Assembly (NCBI RefSeq): GCF_001272835.1
Contig: NZ_CP010546.1
Coordinates: 572,809-604,808, forward strand
Length of the DNA stretch: 32,000 nucleotides
Direction of reading: 5' to 3'
From: Mycoplasmoides pneumoniae FH
Lineage (GTDB): Bacteria; Bacillota_I; Bacilli_A; Mycoplasmatales; Mycoplasmoidaceae
This document shows positions 11,111 through 22,407 of the stretch, piece by piece. A model generated the notes under the pieces. It was not told the DNA's origin and ran no database searches. It saw only the letters and a program-made list of their open reading frames with translations. How positions within the stretch are numbered: the stretch's first letter is position 1; every line of letters begins with the position of its first letter. A program made the translations under genes and the position numbers.

Positions 11111-12556
11111 TTAACTCACCTCCCCCAAATCTTTCTTAAACTCACTTAACTTCCCCGCAGCAGCCAAATAATCCTTGTACTCGGATTGGATGTCGGTTAA
11201 GGCCTTTTTAAAGGTGGGGTTATCAGTGAAGGGTTTGGCCAAATCCGCACTTGATTTCAACAGCGCTTTGGCTAACTTAACCACTTCCGATTCTTGGGTA
11301 TCAGTCGATTGCTGTCTGCTTTGCTGGGTAGTTTGAACGCTAACAGAAGCTGCTCGGCTACTCCCCTGCACACTGCCCTTAACTTGGGTCCCCTGACCCG
11401 AACCCATCATCGCCACCAAAGCACCGTACAACTTCGCGGTTAACCCCGTTTGTGCTCACGTTTGGAACAGGCTGCCAGATTCCAGTAAGTTCAAACTAAA
11501 CTCGACGCCGTTTTCCTTAAAGTTATTACTCTTAGCTTGTAAATAGCGGTACAGCAAGATGTCGGCTTGTTTGGTGAAATCGCGTTTGTTGTTCGCCAAA
11601 AAATAATCACCACCGTCAATTGCCAGGGCGTATGTACCATCGTCACCACGGGCGTAAACAGGGGTTTGGAGTGTGGAGGTGGTTTGTTGAACTTGTTGCT
11701 GGGTGTGGGTAAGGGCGGCACTCCTTGGGAGCGGAATTAAAACAGAGTTGCCCCCGGAGCTACCACCAACATTGGTACCACTACTAGAATCTGCCCCAGT
11801 GGAAGCTGCCGCCATTGCTTGACTACTCGTCAACCGCACCGCGTCTTGGAGGTAGTGGTGTTTATCATTGGAATTATTACTACCCCCATTAGTTTGCCCG
11901 CCGCTCAGTTTGCGCTGGGTTGTGTAAAACGCATCGGTTTGATTATTCTGCTTCACCTTGACAAACGCCGGGTCGACCTTAAACCCGGGGGTTTGGTCGG
12001 TCATGGCAATTTTCGCACGCGAAACTATGGATCTAATCGCCACGGCATCCTTCCCCTCCATAAAAAAACTATCCAGCGGATTTTGGTTGGACTTATTCGA
12101 ATCTACCTTGACCTCGGGCAACGAACTCGTCTTACTCCCACCCACCAGGTACTCGTACTGGTCAATAATGGCCGTAGCTAACCCCACGCCCTTAAAGGCC
12201 CCGCGCAGGTTGGACTTGGTCACCAAGAGCTTATTGGCAGCGCCATTGCTGTTTCACTTGGTTTGCCAGTCAAACAACCCGGTGCGGGAGGATGTATTGG
12301 ATTGTTGGGTTTGACCATTCTTCTGCTCCGGAAACACCGCCTTAATGAAATCCCCGAAGTTTTGGGCACTGTTGGGGGTGGGGTCGAAGGTGGTTTTACC
12401 TTGGCTTTGTCCATTATTGGGCTCGCGAAACGCGGGGAAGGCATAGACCAACTGTAAGGCACTACCAATCGCGGCTTGGTCGTATAAGCTGTCGAGCCCG
12501 TCCTTGGGTGCTTGGTACGCGAAGAACGCTTGGGTGAGGGGAAACAGATAGAGCAA
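11111..12556 (-). pseudogene. Truncated lipoprotein-family paralog (internal fragment of the MG338-like lipoprotein; 481-codon frame, TTG start, no signal peptide)
   Basis: Three ORFs in one frame with TGA=Trp; nearly identical to 16289..17710 within the large lipoprotein gene; lacks N-terminal lipobox and C-terminal part. Confidence 0.85.
11114..12541. repeat. Copy A of a ~1.43 kb direct duplication
   Basis: Starts ...CTCACCTCCCCCAAATCTTTCTTAAACTCACTTAACTTC and ends ...CTTGGGTGAGGGG, matching 16289..17710. Confidence 0.9.
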
Positions 12557-12649
12557 AAGCTGTAAGCCACTTTATAATTAAGTAAATTATAGCAACGCTG
12601 TCAAAGCGTACTTTTACCATTGATTATTTCCTTAAAAAGACTTGTTTAA

Positions 12650-13876
12650 ATGACCAAAACTAAGTTTAATCCGTACCAATTTCGCAAACAATTTAAGTGG
12701 TTTAAAAACAACCCCCAATGGGTTAACTTTGACAACGCTGCTACCTCAATTGCGCTAGACACCGTTAGTCAAGCTTGCAAGGAATACTATGAGCTTTTTA
12801 GTGTCAACCCCCACAATAAAACCCCTGATCTCAACAACCAGATTATTGCCATTATTGCTGAAACCCGTCAACTAGTAGCGGACTGGTTTAATGTCACTGC
12901 ACCTGAAATTATCTTTACAAGTTCAGCCACGGAGTCCATTAATTTGTTTGCCCATGGCTTAAAGCCCTGGATTAAACCCGGTGATGAAATTGTCTTAAAG
13001 GGTGATGAACACTCGGCTAACGTTTTGCCCTGAGTGGCACTAGCTAAACAAACAAAGGCCAGACTAGTATGGGTCGAAAAGCAAGCTAACCAATCCTTAG
13101 AAGACACTTTTAAGTCATTGATTAACCCGAAAACTAAAGTAGTAGCCATTACCGCTACTTCCAATTTGTTTGGCAATTCAATTGACTTTGCTCAAATTGC
13201 CGATTACCTCAAACAAGTCAATCCTAAAGCTTTTGTAGCCGTGGATGCAGTGCAAACGGTGCAGCACAAGCAAATTGACATTGCCAAAACCCAGATCGAC
13301 TTCCTAGCCTTTTCTACTCATAAGTTTTACGGTCCCACTGGACTGGGGGTAGCTTACATTAAAAAAAGCTTACAACCCCAATTACAACCCCTCAAACTCG
13401 GGGGTGATATCTTTACCCAGATTGACCCGGACAATACAATTCACTTTAAAAGTACACCCCTAAAGTTTGAAGCCGGTACCCCCAACATTATGGCCATCTA
13501 TGCCTTAAACAAGCTGTTGCGCTTCTTTAAACAAAAGTTTAATTTTGCCCAAATGATGGCTTATGGTCACCAACTTAAACAACAAGCTTACGAACTGTTA
13601 AACAGTAATCCGCAAATTGTGCTGGCCAACCACGACCAGGATGTCCCGATTTTTTCCTTTAAACACCGCCAATTGGCTACCATTGATCTAGCCACTTTCC
13701 TAAACATCAATAAGATCATGGTACGCCAGGGCTCCATTTGTGTGGGACGTTACCGCAATAAGGATTACTTTGTGAGAGTTTCGTTAATGCACTATAACAC
13801 AGTGAAGGAGTTGCAGTATTTAGCTAAACTCCTAGCAACTGATACCAAGACAATTATTAAAAACGTAATTAAGTAA
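12650..13876 (+). CDS. sufS: Cysteine desulfurase (SufS/Csd/NifS family), 408 aa
   Basis: ORFs 12650..13033 and 13034..13876 join via TGA(Trp) (ANVLP-W-VALAKQTKARL); VAVDAVQTVQHKQ..DFLAFSTHKFYGPTGLGVAY PLP-lysine region. Confidence 0.95.
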
Positions 13877-13878
13877 CT

Positions 13879-14301
13879 ATGGATCGCAAAATAAGGGAGC
13901 AAATTATTGCCATTTACAGCAACTTACAACACAAACAGGACTTAACTCAGTTTGCCCATTGTTTAACCACTAAGGCTGATGATAACTGTGAGGACTTCTT
14001 TAACTTAGGCTTACAGTTTCAAAACAACCAACTAACAGCACTTGGTTTTAACGGGGAGGGTTGTATTATTTCGACAATTGCTAGTGAACTGACTTTAAGT
14101 GCGTTGGAAGGCAAAACAATCAAAGAAGCCATTGTCTTGTTAGAACAGTTTATGGAAGCTGTACAAACTGGTAGCTTAAGCACGCCACTACCCCAAGCTT
14201 TACAACTGTTGTGGGACTTTCAGATTGACCAGAAGCGTTTAAACTGCTTACTCCTAACACCACAGAATTTGCTACAGTGGCTTAAAGATTTTTCGCACTA
14301 A
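13879..14301 (+). CDS. Fe-S cluster scaffold-like protein SufU/IscU, 140 aa
   Basis: Adjacent (2 nt) to cysteine desulfurase; [45 protein letters not shown]. Confidence 0.88.
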   Translation: MDRKIREQIIAIYSNLQHKQDLTQFAHCLTTKADDNCEDFFNLGLQFQNNQLTALGFNGEGCIISTIASELTLSALEGKTIKEAIVLLEQFMEAVQTGSLSTPLPQALQLLWDFQIDQKRLNCLLLTPQNLLQWLKDFSH

Positions 14302-17300
14302 GCGCTAGCGTTTGCCCTAACGCATCATACAAGCGTTTGTCACCCACCAGGATTTGCTGGTGACTACGTTTGTTTTGCACCTGGTTAGCGCGCACTAAGT
14401 CTAAAAAGGCTAACTCTTGCGTACCAGCGTCCAAGGCTTGTTCTACTAGTAAAGCCATAAAGATTTCCTTTTTGAGGCCTAAAGCACTGTTCTTATCAGT
14501 TTTTCAACTAGCAGAAATTTTGTTAACGTCCTCGTTGGTAATCTGAATGACATAGCTCAAAGTCTTGACACTCGAGTCCTTGGTGAGTGGTACGGCTTTG
14601 GCTTTCTTATAGTCTTCGTTACCTTGGGAACTACTACTTGAATCAGACATCTTCACCTTGGTTTGGCCAACATAACCTTCGAACTTGTTAAAGTAACCAT
14701 CATCCAGTTTGTCCACTACATCAACCAAGAACTTCTTCTTGTTGTCAAAGCTAATCAACGGTTCCCCACTGGAGTTAAAACGTCCTAAGTTACTGGTATC
14801 GACATTAACTGCACGGTGCAACACTTCACCAAAGGCATTGAGCTCGGCATCGGAATTAGTGTTTTGGATTAAGCGTTTCAGGGTTGCTTTATCCTTGTAC
14901 TGGCTCAAGGCCCCGGATTTGTCACTACTTGTTACTAACTGACCAAAGTTGTTAAAGATTTGTTCCGTGAGTCCGGCACTAGCAGTCGACACACTTTGGG
15001 GCGAGTTAATCGTTAAACCGTTAAAGCCAAAGAAGTGTTTTTCGTTAGTGGTACCACCAGTAGACCTCTTTTGACTTTTCGTCTTATCATCAAACGGTTC
15101 CGCGGTAAAGTTGTAAGTGCTTTCGCTTTCCAGTAACGAATCGGGTTTAATTGGCGTACTCTTATCGTTAAATCAGTTGGTTTCCGAACCCTGGACATAA
15201 TCGGGGTTTTGGACAAACTTATTGAAGGGGTTGTCGCTTTGAGTATTTGTTGCCTGAGCTGTCTTTAATACTGCTACTTGCGCTTTTGCTGCGGCTGCTG
15301 ATGCCGTAGCCGTATCATCATAGCTCACCGTTCACGACACAAAGGCACGGGTACCCACGGTAATCGCTTGTTGGAGCAAGCGCTTATAGTTCTTCGCCCC
15401 ATCCTTAACTAGTCACATTAAGGTGGACAAGAAGCGCAGGTACTTGTACTGCCCATCACTACTAGATGCTTCCAGTTCACTTTCAAACGCTTTTTTACCG
15501 AGTTCCAAGAGGGTTTGATCACCAGATTTTTGCATGCCACTTGAAGCTACAGCATTTGCAACTGCTGCGCTACTTGAAAGTGAAACCATTCCTGATTGAG
15601 CTGCTTGTGCTTTTACACTACCCAACTCCTTGTAATAACCAAACTTTTCCTTGGAAGTGAGTCGTTGTCAGGAACGTAAGTACAAGGTTTGTTTAACGAG
15701 GTCGTTAAAGTCCTTGTACTCATTGCCTTTAAGTTCTTTCTTTTCAGAATCGTAATTGTTCTTAAAGTCGTTGGTATTAGTAAAGAACCACTCCTTAAAG
15801 GAATTGAGAATCTTGGTTCACTTAATCCCAACATCAGACAATAAGGCCAAGATCATGTTGGTCTGGGGCTTATTGTCCTTACTCTTGAGCGAAACAATTT
15901 CGGAGAACTGACTACCAATTTGGGGTGTTGCACCTCATTTGGTGATTAAACTAGATGCTTTAGTTTCTACATCACTAGTTAACTGCTTTAACTTTTTGTC
16001 GTTGTTTTCCCGAGTCGGTTTGATGTCCGGTTGTTTAACGGTGTTTGTGCTTTTTTGACTATCTGTTGTCTTTAGTGTTACTAAAGCGGCAGATCCTGAT
16101 TCAGATGCTTTTACTTTTCCATCTGCTGCACTATCTTCCGGAATAAAGAACTTCTCTAAAGCGGGGTAACTACCATCACTAGCGCGTTGGTAAGGGAGCG
16201 GTTGGCCCAAGCCAATCGCACTCTTTTGGGCTTGTTTTTCTAGTTGAATGTACTTATCAGCGCGGTCAATAATAGCTTGCTGTAAGCCACTCACCTCCCC
16301 CAAATCTTTCTTAAACTCACTTAACTTCTCCGCAGCAGCCAAATAATCCTTGTACTCGGATTGGATGTCGGTTAAGGCCTTTTTAAAGGTGGGGTTATCA
16401 GTGAAGGGTTTGGCCAAATCCGCACTTGATTTCAGCAGGGACTTGGCTAACTTAACCACTTCCGATTCTTGGGTATCAGTCGATTGCTGTCTGCTTTGCT
16501 GGGTAGTTTGAACGCTAACAGAAGCTGCTCGGCTACTCCCCTGCACACTGCCCTTAACTTGGGTCCCCTGACCCGAACCCATCATCGCCACCAAAGCACC
16601 GTACAACTTCGCGGTTAACCCCGTTTGTGCTCACGTTTGGAACAGGCTGCCAGATTCCAGTAAGTTCAAACTAAACTCGACGCCGTTTTCCTTAAAGTTA
16701 TTACTCTTAGCTTGTAAATAGCGGTACAGCAAGATGTCGGCTTGTTTGGTGAAATCGCGTTTGTTGTTCGCCAAAAAATAATCACCACCGTCAATTGCCA
16801 GGGCGTATGTACCATCGTCACCACGGGCGTAAACAGGAGTTTGGAGTGTGGAGGTGGTTTGTTGAACTTGTTGCTGGGTGTGGGTAAGGGCGGCACTCCT
16901 TGGGAGCGGAATTAAAACAGAGTTGCCCCCGGAGCTACCACCAACATTGGTACCACTACTAGAATCTGCCCCAGTAGAAGCTGCCGCCATTGCTTGACTA
17001 CTCGTCAACCGCACCGCGTCTTGGAGGTAGTGGTGTTTACCCTGGGAGTTATTATCCCCACTTTGCCCGCCGCTCAGTTTGCGCTGGTTTTGGTAAAAGG
17101 TATCGTTCTGCTGACTCTGCTTCACCTTGACAAACGCCGGGTTGACCTTAAACCCGGGGGTTTGGTCGGTCATGGCAATTTTCGCACGCGAAACTATGGA
17201 TCTAATCGCCACCGCATCCTTCCCCTCCATAAAAAAACTATCCAGCGGATTTTGGTTGGACTTATTCGAATCTACCTTGACCTCGGGCAACGAACTCGTT

Positions 17301-18382
17301 TTTTTCCCACCCACCAGGTACTCGTACTGGTCAATAATGGCCGTAGCTAACCCCACGCCCTTAAAGGCCCCGCGCAGGTTGGACTTGGTCACCAAGAGCT
17401 TATTGGCAGCGCCATTGGAGTTTCACTTGGTTTGCCAGTCAAACAACCCGGTGCGGGAGGATGTATTGGATTGTTGGGTTTGACCATTCTTCTGCTCCGG
17501 AAACACCGCCTTAATGAAATCCCCGAAGTTTTGGGCACTGTTGGGGGTGGGGTCGAAGGTGGTTTTACCTTGGCTTTGTCCATTATTGGGCTCGCGAAAC
17601 GCGGGGAAGGCATAGCCCAACTGTAAGGCACTACCAATCGCGGCTTGGTCGTATAAGCTGTCGAGCCCGTCCTTGGGTGCTTGGTACGCGAAGAAGGCTT
17701 GGGTGAGGGGGAGGGGGTTTTCCTCCACTACTCACTGGGCAAATAGATAAGCCTGGAGGTTAGCAAAGAACTCCCCGTTAGGATCATTTGGTTTGGAATT
17801 AACAAACTTGATTTTGTTGCTAGTACTGTCGAGGTTATCTTTGGTAGTGGGTTTAAACTGATCACTACCATCAGTCAACTGCACATTAGCAACAATGTTG
17901 CTAAAGATAAGTGATTGGAAGTCGGCTATTAAACGGTCGTATAACTTTAAGGCCTTTCAGGAACTTTCACTCCCACCCCACTGGTCGTATTCCTTTTGGA
18001 GCTCTATTGGTCAATTAATCGGTTCGGCCTGTTGTTTTTGGTCCAACAGGTTATCATGTTCATCCTCCACGTTTTCACTAAAGATAGTTAAACGGGTAGC
18101 AATGTTGCGATCCTTATTGTTTTGGTACCAACTCTTTAACGCTTCACCAAAGTTAACCCTTAAAATGGTTTCCGTACCATTGTCCTCAGCTAAAGCGGCT
18201 TTTAGTACAGCTTCAGGTTTAATGATGTTGTTTTCGGTAAACCCAATCAACTGCTTGGAGCGGTTTTGACGGGGAAACAGATTGGAGGTATTGAGTGCAG
18301 AACACGCCGCTAGCACCACCCCTAGGCCAATTCCGGTAAATGTAAACGCAACTAAAGGTCATCGCTTTAACTTATAACCCAT
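14282..18382 (-). CDS. Large MG307/MG309/MG338-family lipoprotein, 1366 aa
   Basis: Seven track ORFs (18011,17423,16631,15935,15413,14504...) all share the frame of ATG 18382; N-terminus [30 protein letters not shown] has a lipobox (LAAC); ends ...[18 protein letters not shown]. Confidence 0.92.
16289..17710. repeat. Copy B of the ~1.43 kb direct duplication, internal to the lipoprotein gene
   Basis: Near-identical to 11114..12541 with 2-codon length difference. Confidence 0.9.
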
Positions 18383-18706
18383 AAATTGTGTGTCCGTTAA
18401 AGAATAATAGTTTGCTAATTATCTCATGAATGGCACTAATTTAGCCATTGTTTATCCAGCTAATATAAATAGGTGAAGGTGAAAAACTTCAAACCGCTTT
18501 TACAATTTTGTGAGTTCTTTTGCCCAATTAAAACATTGGGCAGACCAGCATTAGATTGCTATGGTATATTTAAGCGGGACTTGGGAACCGTTAATACTAT
18601 CTCATTTTCCTCAAGATACAACTGTTTCATTTTTTCGTAACTTTTATATTTTGTAAACGTTCCTCTTATCATTCATACATGTCTTTATAATTCCCAAGTT
18701 CTAAAG

Positions 18707-18724
18707 AGTCCCTTCGGGGACTTT
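18707..18724 (-). terminator. Short GTCCC-TTCG-GGGAC hairpin, second element downstream of recA
   Basis: AGTCCCTTCGGGGACT. Confidence 0.5.
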
Positions 18725-18736
18725 CTTAATGCTAAA

Positions 18737-18786
18737 AAAGCAGTTTGATGCTACTTATAGTCGCTATAAGCCATCTAAACTGCTTT
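18737..18786 (-). terminator. Strong extended hairpin terminator downstream of recA
   Basis: AAAGCAGTTT-GATG-CTA-CTTATAG-TCG-CTATAAG-C-CATC-T-AAACTGCTTT: nested perfect stems of 10, 4 and 7 bp; minus-strand RNA ends CTGCTTTTTTAG (stem followed by U tract). Confidence 0.85.
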
Positions 18787-18817
18787 CTTAGTTTTGATAG
18801 TTATTCCTAATTTGTGT

Positions 18818-18834
18818 CTATATATTATATATAG
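18818..18834. repeat. Perfect 17-nt palindrome CTATATATTATATATAG
   Basis: Read directly. Confidence 0.8.
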
Positions 18835-18881
18835 TCCTTATTAATAACTATTTTTATATTTACCGGCGCTGTGGGGGTTGG

Positions 18882-19892
18882 CTAGCTCGCTGGGGGTGGC
18901 GGGCTGTGGATTTGCTTAATCGTGAGCTGCTTAATTTGTTCAAACAACTCTGGTTTTTCCGCCAACACGCTAAAGAGCTTCTCTTTGCCAATCGCAATGT
19001 TTTGGCTCTTAAACGAATATGCATTGTCACTGCGCACCACCACATTGTGTTTAAGCGCTAACTCAATCACTTCGTGTTCATACACAATACCGCGGTTAAA
19101 CATAATTTCCAAAAAGGCAACACCAAACGGGCGCGCTACCTTATTCTTGGACACGGTTAACTTACTCTTAATGCCGACATAGTTACCAAAGCGGTCTTTG
19201 AGCAGTTCACTGCGTTTGGCCTCCATCCGCATCGAAGCGTAGAACTTCAACGCCCGACCCCCAGTAGTTACTTCCCCATTACCAAACATGACTCCGGGTT
19301 TTTCCCGGAGTTGGTTAATAAACAGTAAGCAGGTGTCAGATTCAGGTAAGAGTGACTGCACACGGCGTAGTCCCTTAGACATCATCCGCGCATGGAGTCC
19401 TATTGTCTGGTCATCCATGTTGCCCTCCAGTTCTTGCTTAGGAATCAAAGCCGCCACGGAGTCCACCACAATTAAGGCCACTTTGTTGGTCTTAATCAGT
19501 GACTCCATTAGGGCAAAGGCGTTTTCCCCATGCTTGGGATGGGCTACTAGTAATTTACCCAAGTCAATCCCAATTGCCTTGGCGTAACTTAAATCTAGTG
19601 CACCCTCAGCATCAATGTAACAGGCCACTTTGCCCGCTTTTTGAAAGCTAGCGACTGCATGTAACGCGACCGTGGTTTTACCCGAGGACTCGTTACCATA
19701 AAGTTCTACAATGCGCCCTAGTGGCAAACCACCAGTGCCGAGCGCTTCATCTAAATGAAGGCTTCCAGTTGAGACAGTTTTAATTTCACTGTTTTTCTTT
19801 GCATCTAAAAAATCAAAGTCTGCCAAGTTATTGTTTTGAATAAAACTGTTGTCTTGGCTAATTTTCTTATTAATCATTTCTTTTTGTACCAT
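18882..19892 (-). CDS. recA: RecA recombinase, 336 aa
   Basis: VELYGNESSGKTTVALHAVASFQ Walker A, LIVVDSVAALIPKQELEGNM, LLFINQLREKPGVMFGNGEVTTGGRALKFYASMRMEAKR. Confidence 0.98.
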   Translation of the reverse strand: MVQKEMINKKISQDNSFIQNNNLADFDFLDAKKNSEIKTVSTGSLHLDEALGTGGLPLGRIVELYGNESSGKTTVALHAVASFQKAGKVACYIDAEGALDLSYAKAIGIDLGKLLVAHPKHGENAFALMESLIKTNKVALIVVDSVAALIPKQELEGNMDDQTIGLHARMMSKGLRRVQSLLPESDTCLLFINQLREKPGVMFGNGEVTTGGRALKFYASMRMEAKRSELLKDRFGNYVGIKSKLTVSKNKVARPFGVAFLEIMFNRGIVYEHEVIELALKHNVVVRSDNAYSFKSQNIAIGKEKLFSVLAEKPELFEQIKQLTIKQIHSPPPPAS

Positions 19893-19965
19893 TGTCGTTT
19901 ACATCATCTAAATTGATTCAAAAAGGGAAAAACGCCATTTTTTTAGATAATTAAGGCAAATTTTT

Positions 19966-21390
19966 ATGAAATTAACACTTTGGCTGGTGTTGGGCGCTGT
20001 CGGAGTCGGTGCAGTTGGTACGGGTGTGGGCTTTGGTACCAAGTACTTTTTAGACCACAAAGCCAAAAGTAACGTGGACGTTGCGTTTAAACAACGTTCA
20101 CTACGCAAACAGGTCAATGTGGGCTTTTGGAATGCACTCAACTTCTTGGGTAGTGAAAGAAGTTTCGGCAACCAAAACAGTAAGGTTAAAACCAAGGGGA
20201 TTGCTGAAATTATTAACCTCCTTAAGTACGACATTGTCGGTTTAGCGGAAATTCAACCATCCACTGAAAGTACTGCTGAACGGTTTGTCGACCAACTCAA
20301 CGAGTACGCTGATCCTTATACCTCCTGGTCTTATGATCTATCTCCCGTAACTACCAGTAAGACTGCTAGTGAAGGCCAGAAGGAACGGATCTTAATTGTT
20401 TACAACAGCCAGAGTGTCAAAATGGAGGGACAAGGTTGGTTTTATGACAATCCCGAAATGGACATTAGTAACTATGTCAGTGATGGGAGTTCTTCCAAAA
20501 CAAGAACACCTAAGAAAACTAAAACTAGTAAAAAGAAGCCTACTAAAAAGAAAAGTTCAAGAAGCAAATCTTCCAAAGGTAGTAAGAAACAAAAAACTAC
20601 CAATGAAAGTGAAAGTGAAACTTTAGAACTCAAACTGGAACAACGCCGTGTAACAACACGCTCACAATCAAAGCAACAAAAGGGGCAAGAACAAGCAACT
20701 GATCAAACTGATAGTGAGGGTGTGACTACTGAAGAAGGAGCAGATAACACTGACACTGAATTAGTTGAAACCACAGCGGAAACAACCGAACAAGAAGCTA
20801 CCACGGAAAGTACAAAAGACACTAAGGAAACTAAAGATAGAATCAAAGTGGACTGATCGCGTCCCCCTTACAGTGCTGAATTTAGTACCCAAAAGGGCAA
20901 AGTAGTAGTGGCTTTTGGTCATTTTGACTCTCCGGGGGCAAACACTAAGCGGGGTGAAAAAATCGCTAAGATGGGCAAGGGTCAAGGTGCCCATGAATAC
21001 TTTGAAGCGCAAACTACCTTCAAGGCAATGGATTCCATTAAGCAGCACTTTAACAACGAAAACATCCTGTTTATGGCTGACACTAACATTAAATTCGGTA
21101 ATCAAGCCGCTGCTTTTGGTGAAAGCAAAGATTACACCTTTTTAACTGAAGATAATGAAGCGTGAAAATCTTCATTGGGTACAAAGAGTGGTTATGCCAA
21201 CCCTTATGATAAGATTATTACCTCTAACAGCTTTAAGAATAAGGTCTTGAATCAAGCTGAACCCTACTGAAATTACTTTGACCGTTACTTAAAAACTAAG
21301 GGTCACAATAGTTATCTGTTTGATCTAGCTAGTTGGGGCACTAAACCTAGAACTATTTCTGACCACGCCCCTGTAGGAGTGTTGTTTTAA
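19966..21390 (+). CDS. mnuA: Membrane-anchored/secreted nuclease (endonuclease/exonuclease/phosphatase fold, MPN491/MnuA type), 474 aa
   Basis: ORF 19966..20856 continues through TGA(Trp) to TAA 21388; DIVGLAEIQPS, ILFMADTNIK, TISDHAPVGVLF catalytic motifs; N-terminal hydrophobic segment; Lys/Ser- and Thr/Glu-rich insert. Confidence 0.92.
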
Positions 21391-21416
21391 GTTAATTAAC
21401 AGCGCAAAATATAAAC

Positions 21417-21490
21417 ATGGCGGATAAATGTGTGACCCTTTTTGGGTTCCGCCATTCATAAGGGCGCTCGGGAAACCGGGAGTTTTTTAT
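21417..21490 (+). terminator. Structured convergent terminator region
   Basis: ATGGCGGA...ACCC-TTTTT-GGGT-TCCGCCAT (8-bp perfect outer stem, 4-bp inner) followed by CTCGGGAAACCGGGAG-TTTTTT. Confidence 0.6.
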
Positions 21491-21528
21491 TGCTAAAGAA
21501 TACAAGTAAACGGCTTTTTAGGCAAAAG

Positions 21529-22407
21529 CTATTTAACTCTCTTTAAAGCCAAGTCCCACTGCTGTTCGTAAAACTGCTTGGCTTGTTTTAACTGCGCCAC
21601 ATTTTGCACGGTACTTTCAGCAGGATCATTTTTCGATCACATTTCAATTAGAATTGGTACTGTTGGTACATACTGGTGAATGGCTTTTAAAGCTGCTTCA
21701 AATTGGGCTGTACCTGTGCCAAACGGTACTTCCTTAAACTGCTTGGGTAAAGTATCTTTAAAGTGAAAGCCCACTATCTTGTCTTGACCTAATGCGATTT
21801 CATCAAAGACTGCCGTACTAAATTGCGATAGGTTACCAATATCCGGATAGAGCAAAATGTTAGCCTTACCAATCCGCTTAATCAAGTTTAAACAACGCAC
21901 AATCGTGCCAGCAAACGGCGTGTCCATCACCTCAAAGGCAATGGTAACAGCGTACTTTTGCGCTAACTCTGCCACTTTCCGCATGTTAGTAATGAAATTG
22001 CGTTCTGTTTCTGTGTCATGTGGCTCATAATACACATCATAAGCCGCTAACTGGATAATACGAATCCCTAGTTTGCGTGCTAACACACAGGCCTTTTCAA
22101 AAATGGTTAAGCCCTGTTGGACAGTAGTTTTATTCTTGGAACCCAAAGGAAAGCGCCGGTGGGCACTTAAACACATTGAGTTTAAACAAAAGGTTTGTGC
22201 TTGTAACTCATTGTGGAGTTGGTTAATTTCGGTATCACTCCAATCCAAGCGTTGTAACCTAGCATCCGATTCATCAATGCTCAACTCAATAAAGTCAAAG
22301 CTAGCTTGCTTAGCAATAGCAATTTTGTCCTTTCAGGCAAACTTATTGTTAATTGCCTTTTCATAAACACCCAGGAGGTGTTTATTTTCAGTACTTGTGA
22401 AACTCAT
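21529..22407 (-). CDS. ulaE: L-ribulose-5-phosphate (L-xylulose-5-P) 3-epimerase UlaE-like, 292 aa
   Basis: ORF 21637..22284 extends both ways through TGA(Trp); [56 protein letters not shown]; [26 protein letters not shown]. Confidence 0.92.

Noticed and set aside
11491-12570. Several overlapping minus and plus ORFs (for example 11819..12181 +, 12220..12570 -)
   Set aside because: Alternate-frame shadows of the lipoprotein repeat; mirrored at 16666..17637 because the DNA is duplicated.
19288-19587. Plus-strand ORF opposite recA
   Set aside because: Antisense shadow of strongly conserved recA codons.
19908-20234. Minus-strand ORF opposite the nuclease 5' end
   Set aside because: The plus-strand frame has clear nuclease motifs; antisense frame is compositional.
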